A DNA stretch of 60,106 nt, taken from the IMG/VR virus record IMGVR_UViG_3300029427_000002, positions 1-60,106 of that record. One strand, 5' to 3'. Made by a program: the position numbers and the translations under genes. Source of the stretch: a virus. The number at the start of each line of letters is the position of its first letter. Within the stretch, counting starts at the first letter, position 1. Shown here piece after piece: positions 8,691 to 17,853 of this stretch. Under the pieces are notes generated by a model that was not told where the DNA came from, searched no databases, and worked only from the letters and a program-made list of their open reading frames with translations.

Positions 8691-9323
8691 ATGGGAGATA
8701 AGAAACAGAAAAAGAAAGATAGTAAACTTAGCATAGTGGCAGCGGTTATGGCACTTTTCACTTTTACAATTCCAGTAGCACTTATATTAGCTATTGTGGA
8801 TTTGATTAAAAGCAAAGGGAATAGATCACAAAGGCATTTAGGTTCTTATTTTGCAATTATATTTTCGATATTGATGTTAATAGTAGTAATTGACAGAAAT
8901 GGAAATAATAACAATGCAGACGGCATAAATGTCACTAAACAAGTTGCTACAACAGAACAGAACACAGATACAGTTACATATGATAATACAACGCTTAAAT
9001 ATCTTAAGCATGATGTAATTGCAGATAGCAATGACAGAGAAGTTCTTGTTGTTTATTTTGACTTTGCAAACAATTCAGAAGACAACACAGCCTTTACATA
9101 TAATTATAATGTTACATGTTTTCAGAACGGCAAAGAACTCGACTATCCGTTAGTTAGTTTTGACATTGACGAATACAATAATATTGCAAGAGAATTACAG
9201 ACAGGTACAAATATTACAGTTGCAAGGATATATATGCTAGAAGATAAAAGTAATGTTGATTTAGAAGTAACGCCACTGGGAGACAATAAAAAACTTATGA
9301 AATTAACATTAGAATTACAGTAG
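8691..9323 (+). CDS. Membrane protein with two TM helices and a DUF5067/DUF4352-like beta-sandwich ectodomain (moron)
   Basis: LSIVAAVMALFTFTIPVALILAIV and YFAIIFSILMLIVVI helices, then REVLVVYFDFANNSEDNTAF...CFQNGKEL pattern. Confidence 0.6.
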   Translation: MGDKKQKKKDSKLSIVAAVMALFTFTIPVALILAIVDLIKSKGNRSQRHLGSYFAIIFSILMLIVVIDRNGNNNNADGINVTKQVATTEQNTDTVTYDNTTLKYLKHDVIADSNDREVLVVYFDFANNSEDNTAFTYNYNVTCFQNGKELDYPLVSFDIDEYNNIARELQTGTNITVARIYMLEDKSNVDLEVTPLGDNKKLMKLTLELQ

Positions 9324-9330
9324 AGGAAAT

Positions 9331-9777
9331 ATGTATGTCAGTAAAAAAGAACTAAACGAAATGCTAGAAGCAATAGGAGCAAAGAAGAAACAACAGCCAC
9401 AAGTTCAACAACCGTTGAATCCCAGCTTCAAAGGAGTGTACAGAGCGACGGAAAACGGATTGGTTGAAGTATATTGTCCAAGATGTAGTAGTTGGGATTG
9501 TTCTCACACGCAGATTACAACAACTGTACCGCAGAAATCCAAAACAAGATATACTGTTAATCTGAATCCTTTAAGACCGTTTACACTGGTTAATAAGAAA
9601 GAGAAGATTAAGCAACAGGGCGGAACTTATTCACAACATAGGTTTGTGTGTAACAAATGTGGGTTGATTTTTGGTAAACAAAAGGCTGTCAGCCCGACAA
9701 CTGACAGCCAAAAGTTACAATACCACTTAAACAAGCGGTACAGATATTATATAACACTAATTGAATTAATGCAATAG
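9331..9777 (+). CDS. Zinc-ribbon protein (148 aa)
   Basis: CPRCSSWDC ... CNKCG cysteine pairs; SD AGAGGAAAT-ATG. Confidence 0.6.
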   Translation: MYVSKKELNEMLEAIGAKKKQQPQVQQPLNPSFKGVYRATENGLVEVYCPRCSSWDCSHTQITTTVPQKSKTRYTVNLNPLRPFTLVNKKEKIKQQGGTYSQHRFVCNKCGLIFGKQKAVSPTTDSQKLQYHLNKRYRYYITLIELMQ

Positions 9778-9784
9778 AAATATT

Positions 9785-9818
9785 AAGGAATGTATCAGAA
9801 ATGGTGCATTCCTTTTTT
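9785..9818 (+). terminator. Intrinsic terminator closing the two-gene insert
   Basis: AAGGAATG-14 nt-CATTCCTT followed by TTTT. Confidence 0.7.
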
Positions 9819-9842
9819 AATGCCTTGAAAGGGGTGGTTTGA

Positions 9843-10214
9843 TTGATTGACGCAGTTGTGATTGAGGGGGTTAGATTCCCAGTAGCATATAACGGCTACA
9901 CATACAGTAGAAATAAGATATGGTCTAAGAACACAGGAAGAAACGATTATGGAGAAATGGTTGGCACGATTGTAGCACTCAAAGACAAGATTGAACTGCA
10001 ATTACCGCCGCTAACAGGCGAGCAGGCACTATTACTTGATAATGTGGTAAGCGACATAGACAACCCATTCCCTACAGCACAAGTCTTATTCTTAGGTGGT
10101 ACACAAAAGGAAATGACAATATACACAGGAGATGTGACATATCCGTATCTCACAAGGGCAAAGAATAAGGATGGACTTATAGTCGGAGCAAAATTAAGTT
10201 TAATTCAGAAATAA
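9843..10214 (+). CDS. Hypothetical tail-tip module protein (123 aa)
   Basis: TTG start after GGGGTGG; position where a distal tail protein is expected, but much shorter. Confidence 0.5.
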   Translation: MIDAVVIEGVRFPVAYNGYTYSRNKIWSKNTGRNDYGEMVGTIVALKDKIELQLPPLTGEQALLLDNVVSDIDNPFPTAQVLFLGGTQKEMTIYTGDVTYPYLTRAKNKDGLIVGAKLSLIQK

Positions 10215-10229
10215 AGGAGAGGGTTCCAC

Positions 10230-10613
10230 ATGAAACTAAAAACAAGTGAGTTAATAGACAGATTCCAAAGCTTAAGTAACATATCACACGACAAGACTAC
10301 AGGCAGAATTGCTATGGCTGTTATGTGCAATATTAAGGCGTTAGAAGAGTTGTACAAAGCAACATTACAGACTATAGAAGATACCAAGGTTAAGTATGCA
10401 GATAAGGACGACAGCGGCAATCCAGTTATCAACGACAATCAGTATCAGGTTACATCAGAGAACTTAAAGAAGTTACAGGAAGAATTGCAGGAAATCAATG
10501 AGCAAGAGATTGAAGTGCCTGACATGACAATGCTTCCTATGGACGCATTCGATAAATGCGAAGAAATTACACCAGCTAAATTATACTCAATTGAATTTAT
10601 GATAAGCCATTAA
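10230..10613 (+). CDS. Hypothetical tail module protein (127 aa)
   Basis: AAGGAGAGGG SD; acidic coiled-coil-like sequence. Confidence 0.6.
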   Translation: MKLKTSELIDRFQSLSNISHDKTTGRIAMAVMCNIKALEELYKATLQTIEDTKVKYADKDDSGNPVINDNQYQVTSENLKKLQEELQEINEQEIEVPDMTMLPMDAFDKCEEITPAKLYSIEFMISH

Positions 10614-10636
10614 TTAATCAATAAAGGCGGTGTAGA

Positions 10637-13600
10637 ATGAAGATATTAGACACAGCTATGACGGAAATTGTTAAGGGAAATAGTGCAAGATACTATTCTA
10701 AGTATGTTGTTGAAGGAAAAGAACATATAGAAACACTCAACAATTTCAAGTTTCAAAACATAATAAATCCCAATAACGAAATTACGATAGGTAACACTTG
10801 TGCAAGCAGTGTTACCTTTTCTATTTATATGCCAACAGTAAGCCTTGAAAATAAGGAAATTACCATATTCGAGGGCGTTAAGGTTGGTAAAGAAATTAAC
10901 TATATTAAGTTGGGAATATTTACAGTTACTAAGCAGACAAGTGACGGAGAATACACAAGCTACGAAGCATACGACAGAATGTATAAGGCTGACATGCCTT
11001 ACTTCTCGGATATGGCATTTCCTAGCACAGATAAAGCTATTCTTAATGAGATATGTGGCAAGTTAGGTATATCTTTAGTAACAAACATAGTCTCAGCGCA
11101 TACTATCAGCGACAAACCACAAGGTTACACTTATAGAGAAATTATCGGCTATATGGCTATGCTACAAGGCTGTAATGCGGTAATTAATTCTGATGGAAAC
11201 CTTGAATTAAGGTGGTATAAGGATAGCGGTTATGTACTTGACGGACATAAGTATTATCAGCAGGGTGTTACATTCACAACGAGTAAAGATTTTATTATAC
11301 AGAAGCTGACTTGCAATAATACCAAAAGCGGTTCTACAGAACAAAGTCAGATTACTTCTGGTGACGGAGCGACAGGACTTAGTTTTGCCAATCCGTTTAT
11401 GACGCAGGCAATTCTTGATGAAGTCTATAAAAAGATAGGTGGTTTTACATTTAGACCGCTTACAGTTAAGTTTGTCGGTGATTACCGACTAGAAGTTGGT
11501 GACATTATAACTGTCAACAAAGGTGGCGTTGACTACAAAGTGCCTATAATGCAGATTACGCACGAATGTGACGGCGGCTTAATGGATACCGTTACATCTA
11601 TAGGTCAATCTGACACAGAGAATACAAGCGTTGCTTCTGGTCCTATTACTAAGCAAATGGAACGGTACTATGCCGACTTGATACTTGTAAATAAAGCGCT
11701 TATTAATAAACTATCTGTTGATGAAGCTGATATCAGATACGCAAGCATTGAAACCTTAAAGGCTGTTAATGCTAATATTGACAACCTTAAAACAAATAAA
11801 CTAGATGCAACATATGCAGATATCATCAATGCTAATGTGGAAAGTCTTAAGGCGGCTAATGCTGAAATTACGCAATTGAAAGCCAATTCATTAACAGCGG
11901 ACATAGCGGATTTAAAGTACGCACAAATTGATTTTGCCAATGTAAAAGGACAAGTTGTCACAACATCACTTATCAAAGATGGTGCAGTAACAAACGAAAA
12001 GGTGCAAAGTCTTTCAGCAAACAAGCTGACAGCAGGTACTATTGACGCAAGCAAGATTACAGTTACTAACCTTAATGCTGATAACATTACAGTAGGTACA
12101 ATTAATGGCAAGCGTATCGGAACAGGTTCTTTATCTCTGGATAAGTTAGCCGAGGAAGTACCGACAAAAGAATATTTAGATAAGGTACAAGAAGATTTAC
12201 AAGGTCAAATCGACGGAAATATTGAGACATTCACTAAAACAGAAATACCTACACTTAATAATGAGCCGGCTGTTAACTGGACAGACGATGCCACGAGAAA
12301 GAAGCATATAGGCGATATCTGCTATGTAGTTAATCCGGCTTCAAGTGCAGATGGATATTCATACAGATTTGCCGATACAGGTACATTAGAAGCACCTAAC
12401 TATGAATGGGTATTGATTAAGGATAGTGATGTTACTAAGGCATTACAGGACATTATTAACATCAATGGCGAGATTACTGGCATTAAGAAGTTTGATGTTG
12501 AAATTAGTTCGTGGAAAACTGATACAGACAATGAATTATCAAGTCTTAAAACACGAACAACTACTCTTGAAACTGACATGGGTAACAAGGTTAATACTAC
12601 GACATTTAATGAGGTTAAACAGACTGTTGACGAAAATAGTTCTACTATAACCAAAATGTCCGAAACCCTTAGTAAAAAGGCTGATAGTAGCACAGTTGCC
12701 ACATTGAGTAGTACTGTTAATAGCATTAAACAGACAACGGACACTAACACATCAAGTATCAGCAGTATGCAGACAACCATTGAGAACAAAGCCGACAGTT
12801 CGACAGTTACTGCATTGTCAAATAAGGCTTCTGAACTTGAACAGAGTTTGAATGGCTTTAAAACAACTGTAAGCGATACATATGCGACAAAGACAGATTT
12901 AAACATAGTTGACGGAAAATTCGCCAATTACAGTACGACAGCACAAATGAATTCTGCGATTACACAGAGTGCAAATAAGATAACGAGTAGCGTTAGTGCA
13001 ACTTACACCACTAAGACAGAGCTTAACAATCTGCAAATTGGTGGAGTTAATAGATTCATAAAGAGTACTGTAACTCCTAATAAGTATATAACAGCCACTG
13101 GCATAATAACAGATGGCGGTAACTATTGGGATTTGACGGACTACATAGATGTGTCTAAGTGGACAAACTATGTGGCAAGCGGATGGACTAATCTAGGCAA
13201 CGCACCAGCCACATGTTTTTTTGACAGCAATAAAAAGTTTATTAGCGGAGTAGCAGATAAATCTACTGGAGCGAGAGGTTCTCTGCCAGTTCCTTCTAAT
13301 GCGACATATATGCGTTTTAGCTTTGCACATGTAGATACAGACAAACTAAAAATAGAAAAGGGTACAAAAGCTACAGACTACTCTCCAGCACCAGAGGATG
13401 TTAATGCTAAATTTAACAATTATGCTACAACAGCAAGCCTTGACCTTTATATTAAGAAAGACCCAACGACAGGAGAACTTAAATCTGCTATTGAAGCTAT
13501 TGCTGACAATATTATACTAAACGCAAAAGGCGGACTAAGCATTTCTGGCGGTAGCTCTTTAAATATTACATCTACAGGAAAGTTTGAGCTAGTGAATAAC

Positions 13601-14293
13601 ACAGAAACCTATTTACCACCCAGCTATAACGAGATGAATGTCATTAAAAAAGCCGTGTTAAATGAAACTACTGATATGTTAAAGAAAGAACTGTACGATT
13701 TTAACTCCGATGATGTTATTGACCTATTTGATATGGTACAAGCAAAAAGATATATGCTCGGATATGACACGAAAGAAACTTTTGAAAAGTGGAAATATGC
13801 AAAAAAATCAAAAGTTACATTCGAAATAAAACCGCAGAATGCTCAAAAATGCATTTTGCTATCAGGTACAGATATGTGGGGAACTCTAAGAGAGACTTAT
13901 ATAGGTATTGATACTGTCAAAACAATAGGAATCAACGCATTACAAGCTTTGTTAAAAAATTTAACGGTAGTGGAAGACGAAAGTTCGTTCAGTTCAAAAA
14001 GTAATTATGCCGCTAATATAAGTTCACTCCATGTAGGAAATTTTCATACGGATTATATTGAGACTGGTTCAATCAAAGTTACAAATGTTATGGAAATGAG
14101 TTCGGAAGGAACAACTATAAAAATCCAAAATCCAAGTGATATAAGTTTAACTCATTATGGAAGAATAAAGCATCCTGCAATGTATGCTAGCAACCCTGTA
14201 ACATTTGATTGGAATGGAAGCCAGTTAAATATATTTGTAGATGATACAGTAGTTGCTACATGGGACTGGGGTTCAGGCACATGGTTAAATTAG
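10637..14293 (+). CDS. Tail-associated hub/fibre protein (1218 aa). Tal/prophage-tail N-domain, coiled-coil fibre, C-terminal receptor-binding region.
   Basis: N-terminus GIFTVTKQTSDGEYTSYEAYDRMYK...YREIIGYMAMLQGCNAVI is typical of siphovirus Tal. Long LKA/NA repeats and Ser/Thr-rich coiled coil follow. Confidence 0.8.
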   Translation: MKILDTAMTEIVKGNSARYYSKYVVEGKEHIETLNNFKFQNIINPNNEITIGNTCASSVTFSIYMPTVSLENKEITIFEGVKVGKEINYIKLGIFTVTKQTSDGEYTSYEAYDRMYKADMPYFSDMAFPSTDKAILNEICGKLGISLVTNIVSAHTISDKPQGYTYREIIGYMAMLQGCNAVINSDGNLELRWYKDSGYVLDGHKYYQQGVTFTTSKDFIIQKLTCNNTKSGSTEQSQITSGDGATGLSFANPFMTQAILDEVYKKIGGFTFRPLTVKFVGDYRLEVGDIITVNKGGVDYKVPIMQITHECDGGLMDTVTSIGQSDTENTSVASGPITKQMERYYADLILVNKALINKLSVDEADIRYASIETLKAVNANIDNLKTNKLDATYADIINANVESLKAANAEITQLKANSLTADIADLKYAQIDFANVKGQVVTTSLIKDGAVTNEKVQSLSANKLTAGTIDASKITVTNLNADNITVGTINGKRIGTGSLSLDKLAEEVPTKEYLDKVQEDLQGQIDGNIETFTKTEIPTLNNEPAVNWTDDATRKKHIGDICYVVNPASSADGYSYRFADTGTLEAPNYEWVLIKDSDVTKALQDIININGEITGIKKFDVEISSWKTDTDNELSSLKTRTTTLETDMGNKVNTTTFNEVKQTVDENSSTITKMSETLSKKADSSTVATLSSTVNSIKQTTDTNTSSISSMQTTIENKADSSTVTALSNKASELEQSLNGFKTTVSDTYATKTDLNIVDGKFANYSTTAQMNSAITQSANKITSSVSATYTTKTELNNLQIGGVNRFIKSTVTPNKYITATGIITDGGNYWDLTDYIDVSKWTNYVASGWTNLGNAPATCFFDSNKKFISGVADKSTGARGSLPVPSNATYMRFSFAHVDTDKLKIEKGTKATDYSPAPEDVNAKFNNYATTASLDLYIKKDPTTGELKSAIEAIADNIILNAKGGLSISGGSSLNITSTGKFELVNNTETYLPPSYNEMNVIKKAVLNETTDMLKKELYDFNSDDVIDLFDMVQAKRYMLGYDTKETFEKWKYAKKSKVTFEIKPQNAQKCILLSGTDMWGTLRETYIGIDTVKTIGINALQALLKNLTVVEDESSFSSKSNYAANISSLHVGNFHTDYIETGSIKVTNVMEMSSEGTTIKIQNPSDISLTHYGRIKHPAMYASNPVTFDWNGSQLNIFVDDTVVATWDWGSGTWLN

Positions 14294-14305
14294 ATAATTA
14301 TTTTA

Positions 14306-14339
14306 AAAGCATGGGAATTAACCCATGCTTTTGTTTTTT
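14306..14339 (+). terminator. Intrinsic terminator
   Basis: AAAGCATGGG-aattaa-CCCATGCTTT, then TGTTTTTT. Confidence 0.75.
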
Positions 14340-14351
14340 AGGAGGTAATTT

Positions 14352-15632
14352 ATGAGTAAGTTATTCGGAATTGACACATCAAGGTGGCAGGGAGACTTTG
14401 ATTTCAAAGGTGCAAAGAATAATGAGGGTGTAGACTTTGCCATTATCAAGGCAGGCGGTGCTGATGATGGCTTATACGAAGATAGAGAGTTTGAGAACAG
14501 CTATAACAAGTTGGAAAGTGCAGAAATCCACAAAGGAGCCTATTTCTTTGGTAACGCATTAAGTAATGATGAAGCTGTAAATGAAGCTAGATATTTTGCA
14601 CAGCTTTTAGCAGGTAAATCATTCTGCTACCCAGTATTCTATGATGTTGAAGCAGGCATGGTTACCGGCAACGACCTTACAGACATTATTATGGCATTCC
14701 TTGATGAAATGAGAAATGCAGGATATAAGAATGTCGGCTTATACTCATATGAGAACTGCATTAACAATTATGTAGACATCTCGAGAGTAAAAGAAGCTGG
14801 TTATGCCGTTTGGGTAGCAAAGTATTCAGATGCAGAACCTAGAATTGCTGTTGATTATGATATGTGGCAGTTTGGCGGAAGTGTTAATTATCTTAGAGAC
14901 ACACAGATTAACGGACAGACAGTAGACCAGAACTACTGCTACACTGATTATTGCACAGACCATGTAGTTGAAGACATCACAGTGCCAGACTATAAGCCAG
15001 TACCAGACACTAAGTATCATAAAGGCGATACAGTTAAGGTTATTAACGCTATTCAGTACGATAATGGCGAGCCATTCAGCACTTACTATGATGAGTACAG
15101 TGTCTTATCAGCCAGTGGCAGAAGAGTTGTTATCGGTGTTGACGGCGTAACTACTGCTGCTATTGACGAGGATAACATCAGCCTTGTTAAGTGCATTTAT
15201 GACAATGACAATGATATCAACACAGATACAGTAAATCGCGGCGACGGTAAGAAAGTCAGAGTGCTTGATAACATTGATTATGACGGCGTGAGATTTGCGA
15301 CATATTATGATGAATATGATGTGATTGAAGAGGACGGAGACAGAATTGTTATAGGCATCGGTACAACAATCACAGCCGCTGTCAATATTGCTAATCTTGA
15401 ATTTGTCGGCGGTACAAGTTCTGATGATGCACCTACAGATATTCCATTCAGTGAAGACATTGAAGAGGGTAGCACAGTGAGATTTGTCGGCGATACTGAT
15501 TATGATGGTACACCTATTAAGGCTTGGTATGACGAGTATACAGTATCAGAAAGAAGCGGAGACAGAGTTGTGCTTGTACATGGCGGAGAATTATTCGCAG
15601 CGGTCAATGTAGCTGATTGCGAATTAGTCTAA
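14352..15632 (+). CDS. Endolysin: GH25 muramidase plus three tandem ~65-aa SH3-like cell-wall-binding repeats
   Basis: FGIDTSRWQGDFDF...VDFAIIKAGG N-terminus; three repeats of (G.TV.V...DYDG.....YYDEY.V....GDR.V.G). Confidence 0.85.
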   Translation: MSKLFGIDTSRWQGDFDFKGAKNNEGVDFAIIKAGGADDGLYEDREFENSYNKLESAEIHKGAYFFGNALSNDEAVNEARYFAQLLAGKSFCYPVFYDVEAGMVTGNDLTDIIMAFLDEMRNAGYKNVGLYSYENCINNYVDISRVKEAGYAVWVAKYSDAEPRIAVDYDMWQFGGSVNYLRDTQINGQTVDQNYCYTDYCTDHVVEDITVPDYKPVPDTKYHKGDTVKVINAIQYDNGEPFSTYYDEYSVLSASGRRVVIGVDGVTTAAIDEDNISLVKCIYDNDNDINTDTVNRGDGKKVRVLDNIDYDGVRFATYYDEYDVIEEDGDRIVIGIGTTITAAVNIANLEFVGGTSSDDAPTDIPFSEDIEEGSTVRFVGDTDYDGTPIKAWYDEYTVSERSGDRVVLVHGGELFAAVNVADCELV

Positions 15633-15644
15633 CCTTAATAAAAA

Positions 15645-15669
15645 TACCGGGAGTGCAATGCTCCCGGTA
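15645..15669. terminator. Bidirectional terminator between convergent genes
   Basis: TACCGGGAG-tgcaatg-CTCCCGGTA flanked by an A-run and a T-rich run. Confidence 0.75.
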
Positions 15670-15674
15670 ATATT

Positions 15675-16196
15675 TTAATTATTCAAATCTATCATAACAG
15701 CCATAACAGCAGGAATGGTTATTATAGTTCCGTTTGTTTTCTTAAATTCCATACCACCCTCAAGAAGCGTTCCATACATTGTCACATTATCGCCAACAAG
15801 CAAATTATAATCAAAATCGTCTCTATAATATGTCAAAACAACAGTATCATCATTATTGCCATTAACAGCTAAATAATAGCAAGCAATATATTCACTGGAT
15901 TCTTCGCCAGTATGCGTATTTCCATCTTTATCTTCAACCTCTCCATCATATTTTAATTCTGCTACAATATTGCCTGTCAACTTGAATTCTTTATCAATAT
16001 ACTTATTAGGTGTACGCTTGAGCATTTCAACAGTTATATTATCAGGGTATACACTCTTGTCTCTTGACAATAATGCTTCCTGTTCTGTCTGGACTTCACT
16101 GGTACTTTCAACATTACTATCAGAAGCACCATTCTGACACGCTACAAGGCTCAATAAGCACATAACAAGCATAACGCTTACAATTCTCTTTGTCAT
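15675..16196 (-). CDS. Lipoprotein (moron; possible superinfection exclusion)
   Basis: MTKRIVSVMLVMCLLSLVAC lipobox; GGGGGA SD 7 nt before this ATG; the track start at 16232 is unlikely. Confidence 0.7.
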   Translation of the reverse strand: MTKRIVSVMLVMCLLSLVACQNGASDSNVESTSEVQTEQEALLSRDKSVYPDNITVEMLKRTPNKYIDKEFKLTGNIVAELKYDGEVEDKDGNTHTGEESSEYIACYYLAVNGNNDDTVVLTYYRDDFDYNLLVGDNVTMYGTLLEGGMEFKKTNGTIITIPAVMAVMIDLNN

Positions 16197-16285
16197 AGAC
16201 AAATCCCCCTTAAATTTAATTTTACTAATCATATCACAATGTGCATAATTTGTCGAATGTTGTCGAAACTTGCGATATCTTTAAG

Positions 16286-16314
16286 TTGATTTTTACATTA
16301 TCAGTATTTATAAT
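16286..16314 (+). promoter_or_regulatory. Sigma-70-type promoter TTGATT-17-TATAAT
   Basis: Hexamers read directly; drives a ~170-nt structured leader and a micro-ORF. Confidence 0.5.
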
Positions 16315-16489
16315 AATAATTGTCCGAGAGAGTTCGGGCAGAATCTTCAAGTTTCGGCTAGGTGGCACTGTTTGATTGGCGTTGGCAGTGTCACCGCTGA
16401 AAACTGTTAATCTACTGGGGGTAGGTTGACATGCAAGAACAGATGTTCTATAACAACCTCATTATTGTAGTCAAGGGAGGGGATATAAA

Positions 16490-16609
16490 ATGAATATGGA
16501 GGAACGCAAAAATGAAATTTACAGCTTGATAAAAGAGGTTAATGATGAAGATGTAGTGGAATACATCTTCAAAATTGTAAAAGACATAACAAAAACTGGC
16601 ACAACCTAA
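16490..16609 (+). CDS. Micro-ORF, 39 aa (MNMEERKNEIYSLIKEVNDEDVVEYIFKIVKDITKTGTT)
   Basis: GGGAGGGGA SD 8 nt upstream; below the track size cut-off. Confidence 0.4.
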   Translation: MNMEERKNEIYSLIKEVNDEDVVEYIFKIVKDITKTGTT

Positions 16610-16676
16610 CGACTGTACCAGCAGTACACACAGAAAAGTAAAAGAGCATTGCAATTTGAATCGTAAAGTGTTTTAA

Positions 16677-16889
16677 TTAAAGTTCATCATAGGCAAGTAA
16701 ACCAAGTTTTGTCACAGTTACATCTTCAAGAGTTTGAATGATATAACCTTTGCGATTGAGTTCTTTCATAAACGGCAACATCGAAACCATATCAATGCCA
16801 AGACTATTGGCGATGTCAGCATAATCAGTGTTGCCGTTTTTATTCCTTTTCTCTACTATGGCTCTTAAAAAATCTTTCGATTCAATCAT
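16677..16889 (-). CDS. Small winged-helix-like protein co-transcribed with the repressor
   Basis: 70 aa, YADIANSLGIDMVSMLPFMKELNRKGYI; 6 nt downstream of the CI-like gene. Confidence 0.55.
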   Translation of the reverse strand: MIESKDFLRAIVEKRNKNGNTDYADIANSLGIDMVSMLPFMKELNRKGYIIQTLEDVTVTKLGLLAYDEL

Positions 16890-16895
16890 TTATTA

Positions 16896-17237
16896 CTACT
16901 CTCCTTTAAATAAATTAATTAAACCGAGAACATACTTTTGCTGTTCGTCACTTAACTCAAAAAATGTTTTTAACGAGTGTAATAATTTTTTGTCATTTCT
17001 GACTTTAATCCACAAATCAGCTTGTTCAGACAAAATAAGCTGTTCTTCTTCGCCAGTTCTTAAATATTCGGCTGATACACCTAAATATTCAGCAATTTTT
17101 CCCAACCTATCATCTGGTAATGTGCCTTTACGCAACTGACCTATATATCCGTTAGCAAAACCACATTCTAATTCTAATTTATGTATTGAAATCTTCCTTT
17201 GCTTGCATAGGTCTTTTACTCTTTCTACTGTGTTCAT
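16896..17237 (-). CDS. CI-like XRE-family repressor
   Basis: HTH RVKDLCKQRKISIHKLELECGFANGYIGQLRKG; divergent from the cro-like gene; ATG 17237 has better SD spacing than 17243. Confidence 0.8.
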   Translation of the reverse strand: MNTVERVKDLCKQRKISIHKLELECGFANGYIGQLRKGTLPDDRLGKIAEYLGVSAEYLRTGEEEQLILSEQADLWIKVRNDKKLLHSLKTFFELSDEQQKYVLGLINLFKGE

Positions 17238-17280
17238 TTGCATTTTCCTCCATTTTTTAGAGTTTCACCTAAAAAAGGTG

Positions 17281-17309
17281 TTGACAAATTAGAGAACACT
17301 CTATATAAT
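17281..17309 (+). promoter_or_regulatory. Early rightward promoter TTGACA-17-TATAAT with an embedded palindrome TAGAGaacaCTCTA
   Basis: Perfect consensus hexamers. TTAGAG/CTCTAA half-sites recur at 17257, 17288, 17397 and 17421. Confidence 0.6.
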
Positions 17310-17457
17310 AAGTTTAAAGGTTAGGGAAAAGCCTAAAAATAAACTTAAAGGGAAGTGTTCTCAAAATATGTTTCTCGACAATTCATATATTAGAATTTTC
17401 TCTAAAGATTGTCAAGCTTTTCTCTAAATCTTTATCAAATAAAGAAAGGAGAAGTCT

Positions 17458-17646
17458 ATGTTTTATCAAAATGTTGTTGCTTATTGCGAAGAAAATAATT
17501 TGTCAATACACGCATTTGAAAAAAAATGCGGTCTTGGCAACGGGGTTGTAGGCAGATGGAAAGATAATAATTCTTTACCAGCATTAACTACAGTGCAAAA
17601 AATTGCAGAAGCAACAAGAATCCCAGTTGAAAAATGGATTAAGTAA
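17458..17646 (+). CDS. Cro-like XRE HTH protein
   Basis: 62 aa, NNLSIHAFEKKCGLGNGVVGRWKD; AAAGGAG SD. Confidence 0.75.
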   Translation: MFYQNVVAYCEENNLSIHAFEKKCGLGNGVVGRWKDNNSLPALTTVQKIAEATRIPVEKWIK

Positions 17647-17853
17647 AAAGAGGCAACAATGAAAGACTTTGTGATGCTGCATTGATAACATTAATAATCG
17701 CTGTTGTTCTTGCGGTATTAAATTTTTCACTTACGATACTGGACTTATTATTTTGATAATAAGCAGAAAGGAGTAAGAATAGAGAACATTTCTTCAATCC
17801 CTAATAGAATAAGAGGATTATAGCACAAAGTACAAACAGATTAGAATTTTTGA

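Noticed and set aside
11668-12927. Minus-strand ORFs 11668..12111 and 12400..12927 inside the tail fibre gene
   Set aside because: They are shadow ORFs of the repetitive coiled-coil region, with Leu/Ser/Val-rich nonsense composition.
17650-17760. Possible type I toxin-like hydrophobic peptide (LITLIIAVVLAVLNFSLTILDLLF) just after cro
   Set aside because: It would need a TTG start with no SD, and it lacks the charged tail usual for such toxins. The support is insufficient.
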